Shown here in pieces: positions 57,486 through 64,000 of a stretch of DNA of 64,000 nucleotides. The DNA is from Chloroflexota bacterium (GTDB taxonomy: Bacteria > Chloroflexota > Limnocylindria > Limnocylindrales > CSP1-4). The notes beneath the pieces are model-generated. The model had not been told where the DNA came from, ran no database searches, and worked only from the letters and a program-made list of their open reading frames with translations. The stretch covers positions 20,312-84,311 of the forward strand of contig JACPOR010000021.1 in the NCBI GenBank assembly GCA_016191425.1. Direction: 5' to 3'. The position numbers were made by a program, and so were the translations under genes. Each line of letters opens with the position of its first letter. Position 1 is the first letter of the stretch.

Positions 57486-57749
57486 ATGTGTCGAAGCATC
57501 AAGACCCTCCGTCGGGCAGAGACGGCGACGACCACCGGTGAGATCGAGGCGGCCGCGCGCCAGTACGTCCGGAAGGTCAGCGGCCATCGCAAGCCGTCCG
57601 TCCGGGATGCTGCCGTGTTCGAAGCGGCCATCAGCGAAGTCGCGGAGGCTTCGCGGCGCCTCCTGGAGGCAATGAACGTCCCGGTCGAGGATGGCCCCGA
57701 CCGCTGGACACCCCGGTCCCTGCCCACGCCGGGGCAGGCGCGTGGCTGA
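57486..57749 (+). CDS. DUF2277 domain protein
   Basis: MCRSIKTLR...EIEAAARQYVRKVSG..KPS is the DUF2277 N-terminal signature. Confidence 0.75.
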   Translation: MCRSIKTLRRAETATTTGEIEAAARQYVRKVSGHRKPSVRDAAVFEAAISEVAEASRRLLEAMNVPVEDGPDRWTPRSLPTPGQARG

Positions 57750-58155
57750 AGGTTCAACCTCGGGAACGGTCGATCTGGGGGCCACGACCCCATGGGTTCG
57801 CCGCTGGCTGCGCGCCGAGGGAATCGCCGCGTTGGTTGGCGGTTTCCTGGCCTGGCTCGGGCTCGAGGCACCGTGGCCCCTGTTCTTCCTCTTCCTGCTC
57901 GTTCCGGACCTTTCGATGATCGGCTACCGGCAGGGGCCCCATGCAGGGGCCATCACCTACAACATCGTGCACAACTGGGCGACGAGCGGTCTGGTCCTCG
58001 GCCTTGGTATCGCCGCCGCGTCGCCCGCGCTGACGCTGGCCGGGTTGATCCTGATCGCCCATGTCGGGATGGATCGCGCGTTCGGCTATGGATTGAAATA
58101 CCCAACGTCGTTCCAGGACACACACCTCGGCCGGATCGGACGACGCCGGACCTGA
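57742..58155 (+). CDS. DUF4260 membrane protein
   Basis: LLVPDLSMIGY..GA..YN.VHNW..HVGMDRAFGYGLK fits DUF4260. The GTG at 57742 overlaps the upstream stop (GTGGCTGA). Confidence 0.7.
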   Translation: MAEGSTSGTVDLGATTPWVRRWLRAEGIAALVGGFLAWLGLEAPWPLFFLFLLVPDLSMIGYRQGPHAGAITYNIVHNWATSGLVLGLGIAAASPALTLAGLILIAHVGMDRAFGYGLKYPTSFQDTHLGRIGRRRT

Positions 58156-58227
58156 TGTCGTGAGCCTCTCGGAGCGATCAACCGGATCGACCAGGGCCTG
58201 GGAACCGAGCCGGGCTACACTCGAAGC

Positions 58228-59097
58228 ATGACCGCTCCTCTCCATCCGGCCCTCCCTGCTCGACACGTGACGAGCACCAAGGTGGTAGCGGTGCGGGGGA
58301 TCGAGCTGGAAGTCCGCGACGACATTGTTGTTGGTGAGGAGCCGCTCGAGATCCGCGCCGCCGGTCCCCGCCAGACGCCAGTCAACGTGGCCGTGACGAT
58401 GCGGACGCCGGGTTTCGAGGAGGAGCTCGCCATCGGCTTCCTCACGACGGAGGGACTGCTCGAGGGCAATGAGGTCCTGGGCTTTGAGATTGGAGACCCC
58501 GGGTTCATGGCGGAACCAGACGATGCCATCCTCGTGCGACTCGCGCGAAGGCTCGACCCGGCCATCGCCGAGCGTCGCAATTTCGTCGCGACGGCGTCGT
58601 GCGGGATCTGCGGCAAGGCTTCGATCGATGATGTGGCGGTTCGCTGCGAGCCATTGCCAAAGGGCCTTCCGGTTGTCGCCCGCTCGGTGATCCTGTCACT
58701 CCCGATCGCGCTCCGCGACGCGCAGGCGGCGTTTGATCGTACGGGCGGCCTGCACGCCGCCGGGCTGTTCGAGACGGACGGGCGGCCGGTCGTCGTCCGC
58801 GAGGACGTCGGTCGGCACAACGCCCTGGACAAGGTGATCGGCTCGCGCGTCAGGGCCCGTGAGCTGCCGCTTTGGGATCGGATCCTCATGGTCTCGGGCC
58901 GGGTCAGCTTCGAGATCGTCCAGAAGGCGGCCGTGGCGGGGATCCCGATCATCTGCGCCGTGTCGGCACCTTCCGATCTTGCCGTCCGCCTGGCCGACCG
59001 TCTCGGTGTGACCCTCGTCGGATTCCTCCGTGGCGACGGCTTCAACGTCTATACGCACGACGGCCGGATCGACCTGCGCGACCTGATGGGTATCTGA
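58228..59097 (+). CDS. fdhD: formate dehydrogenase accessory sulfurtransferase FdhD
   Basis: SCGICGKASIDD, GGLHAAGLF, VGRHNALDKV, SGRVSFEIVQKA. Confidence 0.9.
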   Translation: MTAPLHPALPARHVTSTKVVAVRGIELEVRDDIVVGEEPLEIRAAGPRQTPVNVAVTMRTPGFEEELAIGFLTTEGLLEGNEVLGFEIGDPGFMAEPDDAILVRLARRLDPAIAERRNFVATASCGICGKASIDDVAVRCEPLPKGLPVVARSVILSLPIALRDAQAAFDRTGGLHAAGLFETDGRPVVVREDVGRHNALDKVIGSRVRARELPLWDRILMVSGRVSFEIVQKAAVAGIPIICAVSAPSDLAVRLADRLGVTLVGFLRGDGFNVYTHDGRIDLRDLMGI

Positions 59098-59212
59098 CGG
59101 GCATCGCCTCGGTGCGGGCATCGCACCGGTGCGGGATCGCGAGACGATCGCGGCCGCGGTTCTCGGCGCTGCCTCGCACCGTAGGCCTCGTGGCCTGCGG
59201 GAGCCTGCCCTT

Positions 59213-59379
59213 ATGCCAAGAAGGCTTAGATGAGATCGCGCCGACCAATTCAAAGCCCCTCATCCCGAGTACTGATGCCTAGCTTGGCATGGGAGCGCCC
59301 TTGGAGTCGCCATTTGCGGCAGAATCCTGGGCTTGAGGCAGCCATGCAGCCCATCGTGTGGCTCGCTAATCCTTCTTGG
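59213..59379. other. low-GC segment with nested inverted repeats (possible structured RNA or MITE)
   Basis: CCAAGAAGGcTTAG (59216-59229) pairs with CTAAtCCTTCTTGG (59366-59379). An inner pair is atgccaag (59213-59220) with cttggcat (59283-59290), and gatgag pairs with ctcatc. The segment lies between two gene 3' ends. Confidence 0.3.
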
Positions 59380-59419
59380 AATGCGGCGGCGATGTGAGCG
59401 TCATGCGAGGCGCTCCTGC

Positions 59420-59697
59420 GCCGGAGCGGCACTGCCCCTGACCCGCGCGGGCCCTGAGCCGGACGGGCCGGCTCCCACGCCGGAGCGGCACTGCCCCTGA
59501 GCCGCGCGGGCCCTGACCTTGCGCCGCCCTGAGCCGCGCGGGCCCTGACCTTGCGCCGCCCTGAGCCGCGCGGGCCCTGACCTTGCGCCGCCCTGAGCCG
59601 CGCGGGCCCTGAGCGGCACTGCCCCTGACCCGCCCTGCCCCTGACCCGCGCGGGCCCTGACCTTGCGCCGCCCTGAGCCGCGCGGGCCCTGAGCCGG
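59420..59697. repeat. ~280-bp array of 32-bp units (ccctgagccgcgcgggccctgaccttgcgccg) with variants
   Basis: Read directly. Contains at least 5 core units plus cggagcggcactgcccctga variants. The array ends 6 nt before the hydrolase stop. Confidence 0.95.
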
Positions 59698-59702
59698 AAG
59701 AT

Positions 59703-60311
59703 CTAGCCGGTCAGGAATCGCTCGACGATCGCGGCAACCTCATCGACGCGCTTCAGGACGAGGTGGTGATCGGCGTCGGGAACGATGGCAAGATGGGCTC
59801 CGGGCGTCGCCCGGACCATCGCGACGGTGTGCTCCAGCGGAACGATGTCTGCGTCGGCGGCCAGATACAGGACGGAAGCGCTGATCCGCCCCAGGTCCTC
59901 GAGACGCAGGTCGGGACCGTGCCGTGAACTCAGGGCCGCGTTCGCGCTGATTGCGATCAGCCGGCCTACGAGGTCGGGCCGATCCCGGGTCAGGAGTAGC
60001 CCCACGATCCCACCATCGCTCCACCCGAGGACATCGGCATTTCGAACGTTGAGCTCATCCAGCAGCGCGGCGGTGTCGACGGCCTGGGCGGCATAGGAAA
60101 TCTCGCCTTCTCCCGATGAGCGCCCGTGCCCGCGCTGGTCCGGCGAGATGACCCTGCGTCCCGTGCCCAGGCGCTCCCGGAGCTCGGCGAGATCAGCGAT
60201 CCCTCCGGCCCCGCCATGGAGCATGACGAGGTCCGGGCCGCTTCCGCGGATCTCGAAGTGGAGCGGGCTCCTGAGCCCGACGGGCGTGTTGTGAGCCGTC
60301 GCGTGGGGCAC
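59703..60311 (-). CDS. short alpha/beta hydrolase (~202 aa, minimal cap)
   Basis: LVMLHGGAGG, nucleophile elbow LGWSDGG, D (AADADIVP) and H (DADHHL). The GTG at 60311 is chosen downstream of the fdsA' stop. ORF-track 60749 is an overlap artefact. Confidence 0.7.
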   Translation of the reverse strand: MPHATAHNTPVGLRSPLHFEIRGSGPDLVMLHGGAGGIADLAELRERLGTGRRVISPDQRGHGRSSGEGEISYAAQAVDTAALLDELNVRNADVLGWSDGGIVGLLLTRDRPDLVGRLIAISANAALSSRHGPDLRLEDLGRISASVLYLAADADIVPLEHTVAMVRATPGAHLAIVPDADHHLVLKRVDEVAAIVERFLTG

Positions 60312-60334
60312 CGACCCTGGTTCCACTCGCTCCG

Positions 60335-61408
60335 CTAGCCTCGCCGGCGCTCGTTCGTGAACTCGAAGCCGAAGCGGCCCTTGATACAGAGGTGGCCCTC
60401 GGTCACAGACGAGTCCATCGGCGAGGTGACCTTCACGATGGTGTTGTCCTGGACGTGGAGGTCCAGCACGCAGCCGACCCCGCAGTACGGACAGATCGTC
60501 TCGGTCACCGTCTGGGCCGACCCATCCCACGTGCCGGCCTCGCGCATGTCGTGTTCGGACTTGAACATCAGCGCGCCGGTCGGACAGACGCCGATGCAAT
60601 TGCCGCAGTAGACGCACGCCGATTCGGGGAGCGGAGTCGCCCATTCGGTCGAGATTCGAGCGTCGAAACCGCGCCCGGCGACGGCGATTGCAAACGTGTT
60701 CTGGGCGTCCTCGCCGCACGCCTCGACGCACTTGTAGCAGAGGATGCACTTCGAGTAGTCGCGAACGTACAGCTCGTTGTCCACCTTGACCGGTTGGGCG
60801 ATGCTGGTCGCGAACGCCGCCTCCGCACCCTCCGGCGCGTGGTGGTGTCCGGGTTCGTGCGCATCACGAACTCCGGCGGCCGCAGGTTCCGACGGCGGCC
60901 CGAACCGCGACGCATCCGCCCCGTAGCGCTCCGCCCAGCGGGCCAGATCCCCATCCGGCTCACGCTCGCCGGCAAGGGACAGGTCCACGGACGAGCCGAG
61001 GAACTCGAGGACGAGTTTCCGCGAGTGCCGGACGCGCTCGGATTCGGTCTGGATCTCCATGCCCGCTTCGACCTTGCGTGAGCAGGCCGGCACAAGGACC
61101 CGGGACCCGGTGACTTCGACCACGCAGATTCGGCAGACATTGACCGGGGCGAGGTTTTCCAGATAGCAGAGGGTCGGCAGGTCGAGACCCTGGGCCCGGG
61201 CCGCGTCGAGGATCGTCACGCCGGACGGCACGGAGACCTCGATCCCATCGATGGTGATGGTGACGGGCGCCGGGGCCTGGACCGGTGGTGCCTCCGGGGT
61301 CCGCGAGGCGCGTGCGGGCGGGGTCGTGAAGATGGCCTCGATGGCCGGGGGCATGGGCGGCGCCGGGATCCGGAGCGGGCTCTCGCCCGGCCGATGCGCG
61401 GCGGTCAC
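60335..61408 (-). CDS. FdsA/NuoG-like Fe-S protein: only the N-terminal cluster-binding modules of NAD-dependent formate dehydrogenase alpha
   Basis: 2Fe-2S (CYLENLAPVNVCRICVVEV); 2x CxxCxxCxxxC(P) (CILCYKCVEAC, CVYCGNCIGVCP); Mo-bisPGD-type 4Fe-4S CPYCGVGC...LCIKGRFGFEF; then TAG. No molybdopterin domain follows. Confidence 0.8.
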   Translation of the reverse strand: MTAAHRPGESPLRIPAPPMPPAIEAIFTTPPARASRTPEAPPVQAPAPVTITIDGIEVSVPSGVTILDAARAQGLDLPTLCYLENLAPVNVCRICVVEVTGSRVLVPACSRKVEAGMEIQTESERVRHSRKLVLEFLGSSVDLSLAGEREPDGDLARWAERYGADASRFGPPSEPAAAGVRDAHEPGHHHAPEGAEAAFATSIAQPVKVDNELYVRDYSKCILCYKCVEACGEDAQNTFAIAVAGRGFDARISTEWATPLPESACVYCGNCIGVCPTGALMFKSEHDMREAGTWDGSAQTVTETICPYCGVGCVLDLHVQDNTIVKVTSPMDSSVTEGHLCIKGRFGFEFTNERRRG

Positions 61409-63318
61409 AGCCCCACCAATTCTGGCTGTCGGAAGGCCGATTCGATCGCCGAGCTAGCCGTCTGCCCGAGACCGCAGATACTCGCGTCGCGCATGGCCCG
61501 ACCCACGTCGGCGAGAAGGGCGAGTTCATCGGCCCGCGATCGAGGCGCCTTCCCGGGAGTGGGATCGGCCAGACGCGCGAGCAACTCCTCCTGGCGAACG
61601 GTCCCGACCCGGCACGGCACGCATTGTCCGCACGACTCGTCGCGAAAGAACGCGGCGATCCGGCGTAGCGTTCCGACCATATCGGCCGCTTCATCAAAGA
61701 CCATGACGACTCCCGAACCGAGGGACGCCCCGATCGCCCGGGTTCCCTCGAAGGTGAGCGGGACATCGAGTGCATCCGGCCCCACGAAGACGCCGGCCGC
61801 CCCGCCGAGGAGGATGGCCCTGATGGCACGGCCGCCGGGAACGCCACCGCCGAGTTCGAGCAGCTCCCGGAGCGTGGTCCCGAACGGCACTTCGTAGACG
61901 CCCGGTCGCGCCACGTGCCCCGACAGGCAGAACAGTTTCGGCCCCGTCGAACCCTCGGTTCCGAGAGTCGCGAAGCGTGCGCCGCCTCCGACGCCATCCC
62001 CGTTGCCGAGGATCAGCAGGACGTTGGCCAGCGTCTCGACGTTGTTGACGGCGGTCGGTTTGCCGAACAGGCCCGCCTCCACGGGGAACGGCGGCTTGTT
62101 GCGCGGCTCGCCGCGCTTGCCCTCGATCGATTCGAAGAGGGCCGTTTCCTCGCCACAGATATAGGCTCCGGCACCGCGCCGAAGCTCGATGTCGAAGGCC
62201 CAGCCTGAACCGGCGACATCAACACCCAGCAGCCCTGCGGCCCGGGCCGTGTCGATGGCGCCGAGAAGCCGTGCCTCGGCGAGTGGGTACTCACCGCGGA
62301 GGTAGAGGAAGCCGCGCGAGGCGCCCGTTGCAAAGCCCTCGATGGTCATCGCCTCGATGACCGCGAACGGATCTGCTTCCAGAAGCACTCGGTCCTTGAA
62401 CGTGCCGGGCTCCGATTCGTCCGCGTTGCACACGACGAAATGCGGCTGGGCGGGCTGGACCGCGACCGCCGCCCATTTGCGCCCGGTCGGGAACGCCGCG
62501 CCGCCGCGGCCCAGCAGCTTGGCGTCCGTCACCTCGCGTGTCGTGGCGACCGCCCCCATCGCGATGGCGTTCCGCAGGGCGACGTAACCCCCGTGGGCCC
62601 GATAGTCGTCCAGCGATGTCGGGTCCGTGGTCCCGATCCGGGCGAGAAGTCGAAGGCCGGAATCACCCGCCTGCGGCACGGAGGCGGTCACGGCCGCCGG
62701 ACCGGACGCCGTCGCCCGCGGTGCGGCGTCAGCGCCTCGATTGAGCGCGACCTCCAGCGCCCCGATGATCCCCACGGCATCGATCGGCGCGAGCTCACGC
62801 CGAATCGGGCTTTCGCCCGCAACGGTCACGAGGGCGGCTGGAGCGAGCTCGCAGCGTCCGAGGCACGGGCTCCGCAGCCAGGTCATCGTCCCGTCGCGAG
62901 CCGGGCTCCCGGCCGGTCCGAGGGTTCGCTGGAGGTCCTTGCACACCTCCTCGGCGCCAGCCAGCCGACAGGCGATGTCGTCACACATGTGGGCAACGGC
63001 GGATGCTCGCGGTGTCGTGGTGAACAGGGCGTAGAACGTGGCCACGCCGTACGCCTCGGCCGGCGGTACGGACAGGCGCTTGCAGACGTAGTTGAGCCCG
63101 GGCTGGGTGATCTGCCCAACGCGGTCCTGCAGGGCGTGGAGAGCCGGGAGGAGCAGATCGCGACGCGCACGGGCCGCGTGCCCGCCACGAGCCACGTGCC
63201 CATCGTTTCGGGCGTCGCGCTGTCCCCCTGTCCAGCCGGATTCGGCCGAACCAAGGACCGTGTCCACGGCGGCGCGCTCGACCGGGGATGCGAGCGGTCC
63301 GATGACGTGGAGGTCCAT
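61405..63318 (-). CDS. fused NuoE-like/NuoF-like (FdsG-FdsB) NAD(H)-binding flavoprotein subunit
   Basis: NuoE part CDDIAC..CLGRC. NuoF part GRGGAAFPTGRKW, CNADESEPGTFKDR, ESCGQCVPCR. The start is trimmed to ATG 63318. Confidence 0.85.
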   Translation of the reverse strand: MDLHVIGPLASPVERAAVDTVLGSAESGWTGGQRDARNDGHVARGGHAARARRDLLLPALHALQDRVGQITQPGLNYVCKRLSVPPAEAYGVATFYALFTTTPRASAVAHMCDDIACRLAGAEEVCKDLQRTLGPAGSPARDGTMTWLRSPCLGRCELAPAALVTVAGESPIRRELAPIDAVGIIGALEVALNRGADAAPRATASGPAAVTASVPQAGDSGLRLLARIGTTDPTSLDDYRAHGGYVALRNAIAMGAVATTREVTDAKLLGRGGAAFPTGRKWAAVAVQPAQPHFVVCNADESEPGTFKDRVLLEADPFAVIEAMTIEGFATGASRGFLYLRGEYPLAEARLLGAIDTARAAGLLGVDVAGSGWAFDIELRRGAGAYICGEETALFESIEGKRGEPRNKPPFPVEAGLFGKPTAVNNVETLANVLLILGNGDGVGGGARFATLGTEGSTGPKLFCLSGHVARPGVYEVPFGTTLRELLELGGGVPGGRAIRAILLGGAAGVFVGPDALDVPLTFEGTRAIGASLGSGVVMVFDEAADMVGTLRRIAAFFRDESCGQCVPCRVGTVRQEELLARLADPTPGKAPRSRADELALLADVGRAMRDASICGLGQTASSAIESAFRQPELVGL

Positions 63319-63344
63319 GCCCGCAGAGTGTAGCCGCCGGCCGC

Positions 63345-63465
63345 CGCCCGAGGCCGCGACACCCGAGGCCGCGACACGCGAGCCAGAGCCGTGACAGGCG
63401 ATGGTGCGCGGCTGCGCCGCGGCCGCGACATTTGGGCCGAGGCCGCGACCGGCGAGGCCACGCGA
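63345..63465. repeat. short direct repeats (ccgaggccgcgaca, about 4 copies)
   Basis: Read directly. Lies between the fdsGB start and the cspA terminator. Confidence 0.7.
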
Positions 63466-63485
63466 CTGCGGGCCGGGAATCGAAC

Positions 63486-63508
63486 GGCCCCCGGACAAGC
63501 CGGGGGCC
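63486..63508 (-). terminator. hairpin downstream of cspA (GGCCCCCGG-acaag-CCGGGGGCC)
   Basis: Perfect 9-bp GC stem. The trailing sequence on the minus strand, gttcgattcc, is only weakly U-rich. Confidence 0.5.
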
Positions 63509-63540
63509 GACGGGGCTGATAGCCTGGCGGTTACGCCTGA

Positions 63541-63744
63541 CTAGCCAGCCTGTACGTTCGTCGCACGCGGGCCCTTGGGGCTCGCCTGGACCTCAAAGGT
63601 CACCGCCTCGCCGCCGTTGAGGCGATCGAAGTTGAGCGGTGCCTGAAGGGCATCACGATGGAAGAAGTATTCCTTCCCGTCCTCGGCGGCGATGAAGCCG
63701 AACCCTCGGTCGGAAATGACCTTCTTGACTGTTCCTGCGGTCAC
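63541..63744 (-). CDS. cspA: cold-shock protein (CSD)
   Basis: GTVKKVISDRGFGFIAAEDGKEYFFH carries the RNP1/RNP2-like motifs. 67 aa, GTG start with AAGGGG RBS. Confidence 0.9.
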   Translation of the reverse strand: MTAGTVKKVISDRGFGFIAAEDGKEYFFHRDALQAPLNFDRLNGGEAVTFEVQASPKGPRATNVQAG

Positions 63745-63907
63745 ATTGACCCCTTTTTCTTCCCGAACCTATCTGCAGGCGCACGGCCTGTTCGAGAAGC
63801 AGGTCGACCACGCGGAGCACCGCCGCGCATTGCGACGACGACCCAAGAGTACCCGCGATCCACAATTCGTGGGCTGCACGGCCTCCGCGGTCTTCGCGGC
63901 TCGGCGT

Positions 63908-64000
63908 TCAGGCGCCCGGCGGTCGGTAGGTCACGCCCATGCCTCGAGCCTCGTCAACCTCGGCCGCGGTGAGCAGGACCGTGGTCGTGATCCCGGCGGC
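63908..64000 (-). CDS. 3' end of an unidentified gene (runs off right window edge)
   Basis: My translation gives ..AAGITTTVLLTAAEVDEARGMGVTYRPPGA* with native GC3. Too short to assign. Confidence 0.4.
   Translation of the reverse strand, partial: AAGITTTVLLTAAEVDEARGMGVTYRPPGA

Noticed and set aside
58215-59045. 276-aa minus-strand ORF
   Set aside because: It is antisense to fdhD (motifs unambiguous) and has Ser/Arg/Thr/Ala-rich composition.
60335-60340. Selenocysteine read-through as an explanation for the short FdsA
   Set aside because: The stop is TAG, not TGA, and the downstream frames show no formate dehydrogenase similarity (an alpha/beta hydrolase follows).
59703-60749. 348-aa version of the hydrolase ORF
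   Set aside because: Its first ~146 codons overlap the fdsA' CDS out of frame and look non-coding. Hydrolase similarity starts near GTG 60311.
1-64000. tRNA, rRNA, tmRNA, RNase P, diversity-generating retroelement or retron signatures
   Set aside because: I saw no conserved cores (T-loop GGTTCGAATCC contexts, RNase P GAGGAAAGTCC, reverse-transcriptase ORF). The scan was by eye only, so small RNAs could have been missed.

Overview
This is a 64-kb, very GC-rich bacterial chromosomal window. Third codon positions are almost all G/C, and long antisense shadow ORFs occur throughout. Gene content fits a high-GC aerobe (actinobacterial or Chloroflexota-like), but the taxon cannot be fixed from sequence alone. 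I support about 55 protein genes. From left to right they are: xfp-ackA (GTGA-coupled); a secreted papain-like protein with in-frame 21-bp repeats; and a tightly packed 7-gene minus-strand cluster (MinD-like ATPase, APC-fold permease-like protein with extra domains, two SBP_bac_3 binding proteins, Cache-HAMP-PAS hybrid histidine kinase, Hpt, REC-coiled-coil regulator). Next come an ECF sigma / beta-propeller / TolB-like trio; an orphan CpaF-type ATPase fused to a RidA domain; a DEAD-box helicase; and a GS-like / cyclase / FluG-N-like amidohydrolase trio beside a Liv-type ABC transporter. These are followed by an OmpR/HK pair; a GMC oxidoreductase, proline dehydrogenase and threonine aldolase; and a SAM-I riboswitch with terminator ahead of a zinc-ribbon ThrC paralogue plus DUF4395. 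The right end carries a SoxB-like oxidase, fumC, TfoX-N, an Hcy S-methyltransferase, a META lipoprotein, a tryptophanase-family lyase, FdhD, an fdsGB-fdsA' operon whose FdsA lacks the molybdopterin catalytic domain, and cspA. I recognised no rRNA, tRNA or CRISPR array by eye. The most unusual signals are non-genic. (i) Most 3' intergenic gaps carry short direct tandem arrays whose units copy the end of the adjacent CDS, including its stop codon. (ii) A ~270-bp MITE-like element with ~44-bp imperfect terminal inverted repeats is present in 3 copies plus fragments. (iii) A ~0.5-kb low-GC segment has replaced the 5' ends of two divergent genes. (iv) Several genes are decayed (hicB-like frameshift, BBE-oxidase tail, alkA-like, fdsA). 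All function calls rest on motif recognition from memory; no searches were run.
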